Positions 45,776-55,804 of a stretch of DNA of 64,000 bases are shown here, in pieces (the stretch's first letter is position 1; every line of letters begins with the position of its first letter). The stretch is from a virus: positions 96,001 through 160,000 of IMG/VR virus record IMGVR_UViG_3300049893_001984; one strand, written 5' to 3'. A program made the translations under genes and the position numbers. The notes below the pieces were generated by a model. That model had not been told where the DNA came from. It was given only the letters and a program-made list of their open reading frames with translations, and made no database searches.

Positions 45776-46323
45776 GGCTCCTTTGGAAGCATCTTTGCCA
45801 GATGCGTCCTGTACGCAGGCTCGAACATAAGCATTCTTCGAGCCGCGCTTTCAAATGTTTTTGCAACTGCAGTTAGTCCGCCGTCGCTCGCTACTGCAAA
45901 TCTAAATACAGCAGAAAGAGACGCGTCAGGATCCATTAAAATTTCTTCTAGTTTCTCGCCCCTACGCATCCTTCTTAAAACTTCCTGTGACTGCAAGCTG
46001 CAGAGAAGCTCTATCTCTTTTTCTCTTTCTGGTCTAGCTGCTAGGTACCGAGCAACTGTACTTGGGCTTGTCACCATCTGCTCATAAACGTTGTCACAAC
46101 TTTGACAGTAAAACTCAAAAGCGTACCTCATAAAACACCCAGGTTCGATCATGTTCTCAGCCAAAGTTCTGCCCAAGTCCCACCACAGCCTCTCACACTT
46201 CTTACCAGGGCCTTTATACGAAGGCTCGTAGGTCTGCCTTAAGTATGTGTAGGCTGTTTGAGCCGCCGATACGTAAACGGCTATCGTGGAGTCGTCCACG
46301 GTCGTATCTGTTTTATCTCCCAT
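45772..46323 (-). CDS. Hypothetical protein
   Basis: GTGA/ATGA coupling to helicase. Confidence 0.6.
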   Translation of the reverse strand: MGDKTDTTVDDSTIAVYVSAAQTAYTYLRQTYEPSYKGPGKKCERLWWDLGRTLAENMIEPGCFMRYAFEFYCQSCDNVYEQMVTSPSTVARYLAARPEREKEIELLCSLQSQEVLRRMRRGEKLEEILMDPDASLSAVFRFAVASDGGLTAVAKTFESAARRMLMFEPAYRTHLAKMLPKEP

Positions 46324-47723
46324 CCCTTTTTCCTGTAGAAGGCCATACGCTGTCTGGCTCTTCGCTCCAAGCCTTGATCGTGCTCGTCCAGGAAATCATA
46401 CATGATTCCAATTGTTTTGCCTGGATAAGCGCGACAGACACGCCCTGGTATCTGTGTGCAAGCTATAGGGTTCGTCTGCCCTCCTGCATTTATGAGTACC
46501 TGAAGTTGTGGAAAATCAACCCCGGTTGACCACAGTGAGGTGGCGATCGCTCGCCTCAGCTCACCACTCTGAAATGAGTCGTGTAGCTGTATCCGCCTTT
46601 TGGTTGTAATCGGATGAACACCGCGCTGTATGTAACCCTTTCGCTCTGCGTTAATTCTGAGCGCTGGTTCCATGTTGCCGTAGACAAGTTCAAAATCCGG
46701 TAAGTGCTTTGCTATCTCTATGACGTGCTCAACTTTTTCCACCAAAATAAGTATCTGCACATCCTTACCAAACTCAGCCTTCGCTTCCGTAACAGCGTCA
46801 ACAATCATCCCATTACGGTCTGTGTTTCTCCATATGCCATTTCTCTTTATGGAGATTGGTGTTACGTTTTGAATCCTCTGCGCATCCCTCATGCTAAGCA
46901 TTCGTACCTCAATAGGTACAATCGCCCCAGTTTCTTGCACCTCTGCGTATGACACCTCAACTAAACGAGGGCCAAACATGGCCATTATTTCTATGTCAGC
47001 CTTGTCTCCCCTTCCGAATGGCGAGGCGCTAAACCCAAACCTTCTTGCTTTCTTTAGATAGGCCATTGCGTCTGCTGGCGTTCTAGACGCACTCCTGTGT
47101 ACTTCGTCGTAGATGAATATGTCGCAGTTCTCAAGATCGCATTTCATCAACGACTTATCAACAGCGCACGTTATGCGCCTGCCTGTTTCGTTTTTCCCTC
47201 CGCCGACCATTCCAACAGCCTGGTTAGGGAAAATCTCTGAAAGCTTATCGTAAAAATCCCTGACAATTTCGGTGCTGTAACATGTGATTATTATCTTGGC
47301 TTCTCGCCACATGTTACATATCTGCTTTATTATGAAAGACTTCCCGGCACCGGTGGGGGCCTCAAATACGCCGCCGAATTCAGCTGCGGCTATGTTTGCC
47401 ACGAGCTCAATCTGATGTTCGTCACGAAGAACGTGCATCTGACTAAGATCAGGGTCAGAAAGTCTGTAGCTCCTGCAGTCAGTTTCAGTTACTACATTTC
47501 CTGCCGCTTGAAGTTCGTCTATGACGAGGTCTCTAAGTCCAGCAGGCACAACAAGATGTCCGTCTTCTTCGCGGAAGAGGCGAAAAGTTACGTACTCCAC
47601 GTCCTGTTGCCTGCCTCCTGTTTGCACTCGCCTTTCGTATGTTAGCGTGTCCTTAAGTACGTCAAGACACGAAGGTTCAATGTGGATCAGGTGATGATCC
47701 ACTCTTGAAACAATCACTTTCAT
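46281..47723 (-). CDS. SF2 helicase (UvsW-like)
   Basis: APTGAGKS, YDEVH, FSASP, STGVDFP, QIPGRVCR. Confidence 0.92.
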   Translation of the reverse strand: MKVIVSRVDHHLIHIEPSCLDVLKDTLTYERRVQTGGRQQDVEYVTFRLFREEDGHLVVPAGLRDLVIDELQAAGNVVTETDCRSYRLSDPDLSQMHVLRDEHQIELVANIAAAEFGGVFEAPTGAGKSFIIKQICNMWREAKIIITCYSTEIVRDFYDKLSEIFPNQAVGMVGGGKNETGRRITCAVDKSLMKCDLENCDIFIYDEVHRSASRTPADAMAYLKKARRFGFSASPFGRGDKADIEIMAMFGPRLVEVSYAEVQETGAIVPIEVRMLSMRDAQRIQNVTPISIKRNGIWRNTDRNGMIVDAVTEAKAEFGKDVQILILVEKVEHVIEIAKHLPDFELVYGNMEPALRINAERKGYIQRGVHPITTKRRIQLHDSFQSGELRRAIATSLWSTGVDFPQLQVLINAGGQTNPIACTQIPGRVCRAYPGKTIGIMYDFLDEHDQGLERRARQRMAFYRKKGWEIKQIRPWTTPR

Positions 47724-47740
47724 TTTTCTACCTCTGCTAA

Positions 47741-48052
47741 TTAAACAAGTGCTGCCAAAATTATCCGCATCAAGAACTTAAAAGCTAACTCTTTAGTAAG
47801 CGCTATTGTGTCCAGTTTTCCTATTACAGCATTACGCGCGCCAGATAGCACTTCATTCTCTAGTTTATCTCTTTCTTCCTGGGTCATGTGAACGTACATC
47901 AGCATGTCAATTCGCGGCCAATTCTTATTAAGGAAATGTTTTATGAAGCCCTCGAAAACATGCTGGGCAGCTCTGCCTAGAGCGGGCAAATAAGGCTTAA
48001 CTGCCTCCAGTACGACCTTTTCACTCTCGTTAAGACCTTTTATCTCTTTCAC
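47741..48052 (-). CDS. Hypothetical protein
   Basis: GTG start behind GGAG, downstream of tRNA. Confidence 0.55.
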   Translation of the reverse strand: MKEIKGLNESEKVVLEAVKPYLPALGRAAQHVFEGFIKHFLNKNWPRIDMLMYVHMTQEERDKLENEVLSGARNAVIGKLDTIALTKELAFKFLMRIILAALV

Positions 48053-48069
48053 TATTCAACATCTCCAAT

Positions 48070-48146
48070 TGGTAGCGAGGGTGGGATTTGAACCCACGAC
48101 TTCCAGGGTATGAACCTGGCGATCTACCAGACTGATCTACCTCGCG
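48070..48146 (-). tRNA. tRNA-Met(CAT), initiator (fMet)-like
   Basis: Full cloverleaf CGCGAGGTAGATCAGTCTGGTAGATCG-CCAGG-TTCATAC-CCTGG-AAGTC-GTGGG-TTCAAAT-CCCAC-CCTCGCT-A-CCA; C1:U72 mismatch; encoded CCA. Confidence 0.95.
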
Positions 48147-48153
48147 CCATTGT

Positions 48154-48189
48154 TGGCCTGGCTACGCCGTCTCAGACGTAGCCAGGCCA
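48154..48189 (-). other. 13-bp hairpin immediately 5' of the tRNA
   Basis: TGGCCTGGCTACG / CGTAGCCAGGCCA, 10-nt loop, no U-tract. Confidence 0.6.
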
Positions 48190-48193
48190 TGCC

Positions 48194-48550
48194 TTATTCC
48201 ATCGGGGGAGAGCCAGATACTTTGACACAACCTTGAGGCACATTTGGTTGTGTCGTCATATTGTACCCGGACATCTCCAGTTTCACACGGGCTTTTACCC
48301 CAGCGGACGGCTCTTGTCCAAACACATAATCAACAGCCAGTTGTGTGAAACTCGGGGCGGTATTGAAATACCGTTCCGCAATTTCCACTTTTTCCGCATC
48401 GGTTTTGGCTGCCTTGAACTCGTCGGCGGCGGTTGTAGTTTTGACGTTGAAGAAGCTAACGGCTCTCTTCACGCGATCGTCAGTACATCCAGCCAGCCCC
48501 GCAACAACGAACATAACAACCAAAATACCCGTCGTCAACTTCTTCATCAT
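48194..48550 (-). CDS. Lipoprotein
   Basis: MMKK, hydrophobic core, lipobox LAGC. Confidence 0.8.
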   Translation of the reverse strand: MMKKLTTGILVVMFVVAGLAGCTDDRVKRAVSFFNVKTTTAADEFKAAKTDAEKVEIAERYFNTAPSFTQLAVDYVFGQEPSAGVKARVKLEMSGYNMTTQPNVPQGCVKVSGSPPME

Positions 48551-48565
48551 TTGCCCCTCTGTGGT

Positions 48566-50665
48566 TTAAAGCGTTATCACCTGGTCACAAACGGACGCCA
48601 ACCTCGGCTCGTGTGTAACCACAATTAACTGCAGGCCAGCAGAACGGCTGTACCCCCTCACCGATTCCAGTACACCACACACATTTTCAACGTTGTCGTG
48701 ATCTAGAAAAGTGGTTGGCTCATCCAGGACCATCAGACCAAAATGGCCAACAAACATCTGGTACACCGCGAAACGGAAGGCAAGACCAAGCATTACTTTC
48801 TGCCCTCCGCTTAACCTTTCTGCTGCTTCCTCAAAGCCACCCGGCAAAATACACTTTACGGAAAAGTCTTCCTGAAACGCAGCTACAAACGGCGATGAAA
48901 ACTTTTCCAAGTAATGTGCCAGGTGCACATTTAAGGCTTTTATGTATGACTGTGAGACAAGTCTCGGCAACTGGTCTCTATGCAGAAGTGACTTGGCGCC
49001 TTCAAGAAGATTTCGATACCTCTTCTTGCTGTCTAGCGCCTGCTCTTCGTATTTTAATTTATCTATAGCCAGCTGGTACTGCTCAATCTGTTTCGTGAGC
49101 AGTTCGCACTTTCCCTCTAAGGATGAAATTATAGCCGAGAACTGCCCCCAGTCGGAAACAATTGCTTTGGCATTTTCAAACTCGGAGTGTGACATAACCT
49201 CTTTCTGGCTGGCTATTTGAGCTTTAAGATATTCTTGCGAGTCTTTTCTGTGCCCTTCGTGGAACTTGAGCTTATTGGTTGCCACCTCGAATGCGTTGGC
49301 AACCTTATTTCGTGTCTGCTCAAAGGTGTTGAATGCCTCCAGTACGTTTTTGCACTGTTCAATCACCTCATTGCTGACTGGCATTACATCAGCCAGTTGC
49401 TCAAATTCCTCCATTATGTGAACGCAGTCTTTTTCTGCGTTCTTGCAGTCACTCTCCCACTTTGAATAAAGCCTAGTGTGCGAGGAGAGTTCAGATTCCA
49501 TTCTATCCATCTCTGCCTTCATGGTAGTGCCCATCGGCTCCAGAAGCTTCACTTCAGATAAGTGTTTATCAATGTGAAGTGGGCTCAGCTCCTGTTGACA
49601 CGTTGGGCAAGTATGATCTTTTTCAGCGGCAGCCATAACTTTTCTGCTTATGGCTAGGCGGCTGGAAATCTCCATATACTTATCTACCAATGCTGAGAGA
49701 TCTTTCTTTGTCACGGAGCAGGTGGGGGGAGGGGTGCCGAGGACGCTCTCCGCAACCTGCAGACGTGCAAAGAGGTCTTCTTTGCGCTTATACTTTTTGT
49801 TTGTTTCTTCGGCCCGAGAAATTATGTTTCTAGCTTCTCCAGCTTTAAAGCAGAAGTCTTCCATTTCCAACTCGTAATCGGCCAGGGTGTTGCTTAGATC
49901 TTTCATTTCAGCTTTGATCTCAGCAATTGCCAATTCATCTTTTCTTATGGACTCAGTCAAATTCTCGATGCTTGATCTCGTGGATTCGTTTTTAAGGTAC
50001 TCTTGGATTTTCAGGTTAAGGTGTTCAATCTCTGTGTGGCTGCGCTTTGTCCCAAGTTTTGCCAGTGTGCTCTCGGCCTCTCTCAGACTCTCTTGTGCCT
50101 CTTTTTGCTGTTTTACCAGCGTCTCTATTGTTGCCGCCTGACTACCAATAATAATCGTGCTTATTTCTTCAGACAGTGCCTCACGTATACCCTCAGTACG
50201 GTCAAGTCCAAACAAAAGCTGCAATGCCTCTTTTCTGTCGGATGCTCTCTGGAAGATGATCTGCTCAATCGCTCCCTGTTGCACAAATATCTGCCGCTTA
50301 AGTGTATCCGGTGTGACTCCTATGAGTTCTGACATGTGTTGCTCAATTTCCGTCGCAGTGTTCCACTCCTGTTCACCGTAGGTCATCTTACCTTTAGCGG
50401 ATGCAAGCGACCTCCGTATGTACCCATCATGACCGTTACTGTGAAACCAGAGCTCAATGGTGCCTTTGGTCTCACCTCGGGTAAGATCGTCTTCCTTCTT
50501 ACCGATATTACCTGTCTCACCTGTCAAAGCCCTATAGATAGCCTTGGTCAGGTTGCTTTTGCCCTTGCCGTTAGCTCCTAGAATGCCGACGACGCCAGGG
50601 TTGAACTGGATGTCGAGATTCTTGTGCTGACAGAAGTTGTTGAGCTTTAAGGCTTTAATTCTCAC
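48566..50665 (-). CDS. sbcC: SbcC/Rad50-like ATPase (recombination nuclease subunit)
   Basis: GANGKGKS, FVQQG, coiled coil with CPTC hook, LSGGQ, LDEPT, VTH. Confidence 0.93.
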   Translation of the reverse strand: MRIKALKLNNFCQHKNLDIQFNPGVVGILGANGKGKSNLTKAIYRALTGETGNIGKKEDDLTRGETKGTIELWFHSNGHDGYIRRSLASAKGKMTYGEQEWNTATEIEQHMSELIGVTPDTLKRQIFVQQGAIEQIIFQRASDRKEALQLLFGLDRTEGIREALSEEISTIIIGSQAATIETLVKQQKEAQESLREAESTLAKLGTKRSHTEIEHLNLKIQEYLKNESTRSSIENLTESIRKDELAIAEIKAEMKDLSNTLADYELEMEDFCFKAGEARNIISRAEETNKKYKRKEDLFARLQVAESVLGTPPPTCSVTKKDLSALVDKYMEISSRLAISRKVMAAAEKDHTCPTCQQELSPLHIDKHLSEVKLLEPMGTTMKAEMDRMESELSSHTRLYSKWESDCKNAEKDCVHIMEEFEQLADVMPVSNEVIEQCKNVLEAFNTFEQTRNKVANAFEVATNKLKFHEGHRKDSQEYLKAQIASQKEVMSHSEFENAKAIVSDWGQFSAIISSLEGKCELLTKQIEQYQLAIDKLKYEEQALDSKKRYRNLLEGAKSLLHRDQLPRLVSQSYIKALNVHLAHYLEKFSSPFVAAFQEDFSVKCILPGGFEEAAERLSGGQKVMLGLAFRFAVYQMFVGHFGLMVLDEPTTFLDHDNVENVCGVLESVRGYSRSAGLQLIVVTHEPRLASVCDQVITL

Positions 50666-51825
50666 AGCAGGGGCACCTCGATGACGTGTTGTTTCCTCAC
50701 AGATTCGATCACGGATCTGGCGTGACCACCTTTCAACAAACTAAGGACAAAGGAATGAAGCGCTGGGTCTTTTTCCCTGGGTAGAAGTTGCCCCAAGCAC
50801 TGTTCCATGGTCTGGTGGGAAACCTTGGCAATAGCACCCATGTCAGGAAGTTCGCTCTCCAGGACAGTGGGTTTAAACATGAAATGAAGATTCCCCCCTA
50901 TTGCTTTAAATGCATCCTGCACCTTCTGTATCGTTGCTTTGAATTTAACGACGATCAAAGAGTGCGGAGGCATGTTCTTGGCTTCGGCAATTGCCTGCTC
51001 CAACTCTGCATCACTTTGGATATTGAACATCTTGAACGGGCGGGTGTTTAGCTTAACCCTTTCCAAGACTATCTTGCGGTTTTTAGCGTCCCCAGAGATG
51101 TCAATCACGACAAAGCTCTTATCTGGGACTTCGTCTACTGACTGCATGGCGATGGATCCGGTGTATTCAACAATGGTTGTCTCACCGTTATTATGCTTTA
51201 CAGTCTTAGACCAAGGTGCGTGGTAATCACCAAGCATTACCAGCTTTACGTGTGAAGGAACCCAGGCTGGATCAAAGTCCCAGTTGCTGTGTCCTTCAAT
51301 TTCCGGCACAGTGCCGCGAGCCATCTGGTGTAAGAACAAAATGCTCACGTCTTCGGGTATAGCTTTTATTCGTGCTTCGAGTTCGTCTGCCGGTAAGTTG
51401 TCAAAGCAGATAAACTTTAAAGCGTGATCATTGCTGTAATACATCTCCTGAATTTCGTTGTGAACCCATCCAACGCTGGGGGCTATGCTTGTCCAGGGAA
51501 CAACGACAGGCCTAGGCTTACCCTTATCATCAGGAAGAAGTACTGATCGAACACGACCGTGCTGGCCTTGTATGGCCATTGTTCTGACGGATGCATCATC
51601 AAGCCGTTTCATCTCGTCAATATAAAACTTTGCGGCATCAGACGGTGGTTCTGCATCAAAAACATCACCGATTAACACCAAACAATCTACAGCGTTGGCC
51701 TTGTCAACGCAGTAGTCAACAATCTGTTTGGCTGAGCTGTATGCGTCACCGCAAACTTCGGGATATGATTTCCAGGCACATGTGGCTAAGTGCCAGTCTC
51801 CGGATACGGCTATCCGCAAAGACAT
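50662..51825 (-). CDS. sbcD: SbcD/Mre11-like metallophosphoesterase nuclease
   Basis: GDWHL, GDVFD, GQHG, LHQ, GDYH, YTGS; start MSLRI behind GGAGG. Confidence 0.9.
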   Translation of the reverse strand: MSLRIAVSGDWHLATCAWKSYPEVCGDAYSSAKQIVDYCVDKANAVDCLVLIGDVFDAEPPSDAAKFYIDEMKRLDDASVRTMAIQGQHGRVRSVLLPDDKGKPRPVVVPWTSIAPSVGWVHNEIQEMYYSNDHALKFICFDNLPADELEARIKAIPEDVSILFLHQMARGTVPEIEGHSNWDFDPAWVPSHVKLVMLGDYHAPWSKTVKHNNGETTIVEYTGSIAMQSVDEVPDKSFVVIDISGDAKNRKIVLERVKLNTRPFKMFNIQSDAELEQAIAEAKNMPPHSLIVVKFKATIQKVQDAFKAIGGNLHFMFKPTVLESELPDMGAIAKVSHQTMEQCLGQLLPREKDPALHSFVLSLLKGGHARSVIESVRKQHVIEVPLL

Positions 51826-51826
51826 C

Positions 51827-52402
51827 TTACCTCCGTTTCGTCGCCCTCTTATTAACGGGCGAATGGTTTTCACGAGCCTCACGCCATCCCTGCAAGAACA
51901 GGTATGGTAACGGATCCATCACGGGTTGAGATGCACACAGGTTTTCAGGTCCGCGCTCCATATAAGCGTCGGGCTCTGATGAGTCCAAATAGATCCATGT
52001 GTTGTTCGCATGGTTCCACCTTGACATTCCCGTTATGTATATTGCTTGCCGACCGTACTGGTCGAGTTTCATGGGTTTCTGTGAGATGTCGATCACATAC
52101 CCATCTTTAACTTCATTTACATTAGCGAGGATTGCCATGTAAATGAAATCTATCTCTGCGAGGTCCGAGTCTCCGAAGAACCGCTTGCCTACGGTTTTGG
52201 CTATAGACTCGCGGGCTGCCGTATCCTGGGTCTCCAGGCGTAGAAGTTTTATCTCAACTAGTTTGTCTTCTGCCTTTTTGTCACGGCCGAACACAAAGAT
52301 AGTCGGTACAAAATCCTCCACCCCATTGTGGATAGCGGCTTCATACTGCTCCGTGAGGTGGAGTAGTATGTTGTCGAAACTGCTTTCCTCTTCTCGTGCC
52401 AT
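51827..52402 (-). CDS. Hypothetical protein
   Basis: 191-aa ORF. Confidence 0.6.
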   Translation of the reverse strand: MAREEESSFDNILLHLTEQYEAAIHNGVEDFVPTIFVFGRDKKAEDKLVEIKLLRLETQDTAARESIAKTVGKRFFGDSDLAEIDFIYMAILANVNEVKDGYVIDISQKPMKLDQYGRQAIYITGMSRWNHANNTWIYLDSSEPDAYMERGPENLCASQPVMDPLPYLFLQGWREARENHSPVNKRATKRR

Positions 52403-52480
52403 GGCGTTACCCTTGTCTTCCTTCTCGGAGCATAGACTTTACGTAACCTTCACGCTCCGTTAATTATATACACAAGAGCA

Positions 52481-52512
52481 AGAAGGCTGAGGTTATTCTG
52501 CCTCAGCCTTCT
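52481..52512. terminator. Stem-loop, possible terminator
   Basis: AGAAGGCTGAGG / CCTCAGCCTTCT perfect 12-bp stem in AT-rich intergenic region. Confidence 0.6.
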
Positions 52513-52542
52513 AAAATCGCCATTAAGTTAATAAAAATTTTA

Positions 52543-52782
52543 CTAATTGTCTTTCGCAGCCAGCTTCTCTTTCTTCTTGACGACAGCTTCCTGCTCCTCC
52601 TGCGTACGGTTTAAACGTGTGTTTAACTCCGTAACGAGATTGGCCGCGATCTCAGCGCATTTGGCCGTAAGCTTGTCAACTGAATCAAGTGACACGTCTT
52701 TCAGGTCAACCTTCTGAACAAGTTCGATCTTTGTCATCGGGTTTACCTGGTGTGTCATCTTCAGTGTGATTGGTGCCATCAC
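52543..52782 (-). CDS. Small hypothetical protein
   Basis: GTGA overlap with upstream gene. Confidence 0.55.
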   Translation of the reverse strand: MMAPITLKMTHQVNPMTKIELVQKVDLKDVSLDSVDKLTAKCAEIAANLVTELNTRLNRTQEEQEAVVKKKEKLAAKDN

Positions 52783-53354
52783 GCTAGTTCCCCCTTCATT
52801 CTTCTAAGTGCTTCTTCTACCTCACGTTGAACCCACTGAAGGCCAACATGTGCTGATGTATGAAGCACGTTCGAATGCGTGGGCACCTGAACAGCTACAC
52901 CACCAGCTTTACGCCAAGCAGCTATCTGCTTATCGGAGTCGTCAATGAGAAGCCTGTTTGGCGCGGCTAGCTCATGTTTTTCCCTAATAAAGACAAATTT
53001 ATTCTCCATGCCGTAAGGCAGGAAGTTCTCCAGCCATAACATCTTTCCGGCGACCCCAGCTATACCTTTGGGGGGCGAAGTGCAGATGTATGTGTCTCCC
53101 TGCGTTGTCAAGAAGTTGTAAAACTCCCTGGCAAACGGTTTAAGCTCAAGTGTAGCCCAAAACTCTACGCTCAAGTTGTTCAGTACTTCAAAGAACCTTT
53201 CCTGCGGAAACCCGAGTGTGTAGGTGTTTCCATAGCTTGTTGGCGGTGGCTTGCTGAGAAACTCAGGCATAGATGTGCCCAGTAGGTTCAGCGCTGGTGA
53301 TGTAAAATCAACCAATGTGTCATCTAGGTCTACGAATATCTTTACCTTACTCAT
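52779..53354 (-). CDS. 5'(3')-deoxyribonucleotidase (NT5C-type HAD)
   Basis: FVDLDDTLVDF, CTSP, GKMLWL, K..LA, LLIDDS; start MSKVK. Confidence 0.88.
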   Translation of the reverse strand: MSKVKIFVDLDDTLVDFTSPALNLLGTSMPEFLSKPPPTSYGNTYTLGFPQERFFEVLNNLSVEFWATLELKPFAREFYNFLTTQGDTYICTSPPKGIAGVAGKMLWLENFLPYGMENKFVFIREKHELAAPNRLLIDDSDKQIAAWRKAGGVAVQVPTHSNVLHTSAHVGLQWVQREVEEALRRMKGELA

Positions 53355-53372
53355 GTCAACCTCAAGGTTTAA

Positions 53373-53404
53373 ACCTGGGACGGTGCTAGAACACCGCCCC
53401 AGGT
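53373..53404 (-). terminator. Stem-loop between thyX and nucleotidase
   Basis: 13-bp stem with one G-U on minus strand, short T tail. Confidence 0.5.
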
Positions 53405-53420
53405 CCCGTCTAAACACAGG

Positions 53421-54299
53421 CTATACCGTTTCGAGCCACTCTCGGAACGGGCAATCCTTCAACAAAGATTCCCTATTTATCCAAGCTTTGTGCTCTCTGC
53501 TAAACGTTTTCCTGTAGGGGAGCCACCCTACGTAACAGCCTGTGTCCAGCAGTTCCGGCTTTCTACTGTCAACCGCCTTAGCACAATGCTCAAACGGTGA
53601 CCAATGCCCATCGTTTGCCAGATTGTCGTGCAGCTCAATATCCTTTTTGAAGTCTATCAAGCCCTCGTGGTTTAGATAAGATGTACGCGCACATCGTGCT
53701 GTACATATCTTTAACTTATCCTCCACGGAAATTCCTTCTTCCTTGATGGTGTCACTAAATGGCATGTGCCATTGCCCAAAATTAAGTATGGATGGGGTGC
53801 TCTCCACCATACGTTTAAGCATCAACCAGGCAATCCTTTGCATCTCAGGTTGAGCTTCCTTTGAACACCTGAGGGAAAAGAAGTTGTCCCAGGCTGTGGC
53901 TGTTATAACAACGGTGATCGTGTTAAAGGGTTCGATCACTCTGTTTAGCCACTGCTTGTGCACTCCTATCTCGAGGAGGCGCTCTCCCGCTGACACCGAC
54001 TCTTGGGCAATTCTACTCCACTCCTGCTCAGCTGCGGTCGCTGCTGCTGCTTCCAGCGGGGAGTTTGACTCCATGCCCTTGTTATTCGCTCCCCACTCGA
54101 TCGGTACAACTGGATTTTTCCTTACCCTGCTTATCGTCTTTGCAGCAGGCATGGCCCTCGACGATTCGCTGTTTCTAGCAAACACCCGGTGTGTCATCAT
54201 TTCCGAGTGTATAAACCGAGGGTAAGTGACCAACATTGTAGTTATTCTGTCCACTGAGGGGCTCAGGCTATCTGCTATTACTCGGGCTGAGTAGTGCAC
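53421..54299 (-). CDS. thyX: Flavin-dependent thymidylate synthase
   Basis: VIADS, YPRFIHSEMMTHRVFARNSESSRAMP, KQWLNR, WDNFFSLR, AQPEMQ, ARCARTSY, HWSPFEH; GTG start behind GGAGG. Confidence 0.93.
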   Translation of the reverse strand: MHYSARVIADSLSPSVDRITTMLVTYPRFIHSEMMTHRVFARNSESSRAMPAAKTISRVRKNPVVPIEWGANNKGMESNSPLEAAAATAAEQEWSRIAQESVSAGERLLEIGVHKQWLNRVIEPFNTITVVITATAWDNFFSLRCSKEAQPEMQRIAWLMLKRMVESTPSILNFGQWHMPFSDTIKEEGISVEDKLKICTARCARTSYLNHEGLIDFKKDIELHDNLANDGHWSPFEHCAKAVDSRKPELLDTGCYVGWLPYRKTFSREHKAWINRESLLKDCPFREWLETV

Positions 54300-54615
54300 T
54301 TTTTGCCTCCAGGGTCTTGCGCTCTTTGACTGCAGTCGAGCTTGTTGATGTGGTTGCCGGTTTTGGCTCGGCATGTTGCTGGAGCCACTCCCAAAACATT
54401 GTGGCCTGTGCGCTGTGTAGCGTGTATTCAAGCTTGGGGTTGGAAAGGAAAGCGTACACCAAGTTCGGAAGCTTACTCAGTTCTTCTTGACTGTTAAGAT
54501 CTTCGACAAGGTAGTTCAACTTGACAAAGGCAAGCTGGTCGGCCCTGATCAGGATTTCTTCTTCTTCATCACAAAAAGCCGGTATTCTGCACAATGTTGA
54601 GCTGTAAAGCGCCAT
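54268..54615 (-). CDS. Hypothetical protein
   Basis: ORF with SD GAGGAG. Confidence 0.5.
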   Translation of the reverse strand: MALYSSTLCRIPAFCDEEEEILIRADQLAFVKLNYLVEDLNSQEELSKLPNLVYAFLSNPKLEYTLHSAQATMFWEWLQQHAEPKPATTSTSSTAVKERKTLEAKSALLSPSNSR

Positions 54616-54629
54616 CTTTCGTTCTCCTC

Positions 54630-55193
54630 TTAAAATCTCAAATCCAAAAGAACCCCAAAAACGTGGTCAGTTTTGCTCAGTTGAAGCGGATCCCTCTTTC
54701 TGTTTTCCCGGTAGTCGTACACTCTGGCATCCACTGTTGCGTCCGCAAGACTCCTTCCTTCAACAAAATTTAACAAGTTTCTAAGTTTGCTGGCATTCCA
54801 CAAGGCATCTTTAAATGTTGTCTCGTGGCACATTTCCTGCCCTGCCTCAGCAAGCCCAGCCACACCACGACCTAGCCTGTACATAACCATGAACGTGTCG
54901 TCTATGTCTGGCACAGAATCAGCCTCTCCTAAAGATAGGACAGCCTGTCTTATGTGCTGCCAGTACTGCAAAGCAGTATCTTTTTCATTCTTGAAAGCTG
55001 TACGTATTGTCTCCCGGAAAATATCTGTTCCACTCTGTAGACAGAAGTGTTTGTTTTCAAGCTCCGGTAGACATCCTTCTACGTATACATTCTGCCCGTG
55101 CAGTAAGGTATACGCCTGCAAGAATGAAAGAGCCTGACCTTTTGCAGCCTCAGCGTCCTCCGCATCAACTAGAACAACTGGGTGTGTCCGCAT
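54630..55193 (-). CDS. Hypothetical protein
   Basis: ORF with SD AAGGAG. Confidence 0.6.
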   Translation of the reverse strand: MRTHPVVLVDAEDAEAAKGQALSFLQAYTLLHGQNVYVEGCLPELENKHFCLQSGTDIFRETIRTAFKNEKDTALQYWQHIRQAVLSLGEADSVPDIDDTFMVMYRLGRGVAGLAEAGQEMCHETTFKDALWNASKLRNLLNFVEGRSLADATVDARVYDYRENRKRDPLQLSKTDHVFGVLLDLRF

Positions 55194-55785
55194 AGCGTAT
55201 CTCCTTTGGATAAAACAACTTATCCGTAAGAGCGTACACCTTGCTCACCAGTTGTTCAATTGTTCCTTCGTTTGTAACTACTTCGTCCCATCCGTCCCAA
55301 TCCTTAAGCTCAGAGTCGGCGTCGTCATCAAACATTTGCTCACTACTACGTGTAACCTTTACAAAAGTAGTGGCTCCCGTTTTCGACAACTTCTCCACTT
55401 CGTTCAAGAACCTAAGGTCAGTGACAATTAAAATGTCTGGGTTTGTCAACGTGATGCGGTGCATGAATGAGTTTATCCATACCTCATTGCACAGGGATTT
55501 CCGCATCAACTTCGTCGCAAATTCTATCATCAGCTCCCGAACCGTCATGCCCAGTGGTTCGAGGTAATCACTCTTACGCTCCGGATACACTTCATAAAAA
55601 GCAGGACTCTTTACACCAGCCCAGGCAAACAACCTAAACAGTGTGTCCTTTACATCAAAAGCAATTGAATCAGATACAATGTTACAAAGTTTTAGATCTT
55701 CTTTTGACTTCAAGTAGTTGCGCATAATAGAAGCACACAGATTCTTACCTGTACGCCTTCTATGTCCAAATGCAATTATTCTCAT
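55165..55785 (-). CDS. Deoxynucleoside monophosphate kinase
   Basis: IAFGHRRRTGKN P-loop, IAFDVKD, VRELM, VWI, VTDLRFLNE, SE..L, NEGT. Confidence 0.85.
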   Translation of the reverse strand: MRIIAFGHRRRTGKNLCASIMRNYLKSKEDLKLCNIVSDSIAFDVKDTLFRLFAWAGVKSPAFYEVYPERKSDYLEPLGMTVRELMIEFATKLMRKSLCNEVWINSFMHRITLTNPDILIVTDLRFLNEVEKLSKTGATTFVKVTRSSEQMFDDDADSELKDWDGWDEVVTNEGTIEQLVSKVYALTDKLFYPKEIRYADTPSCSS

Positions 55786-55804
55786 CGCCCCCTCCTAAAA
55801 CTTC

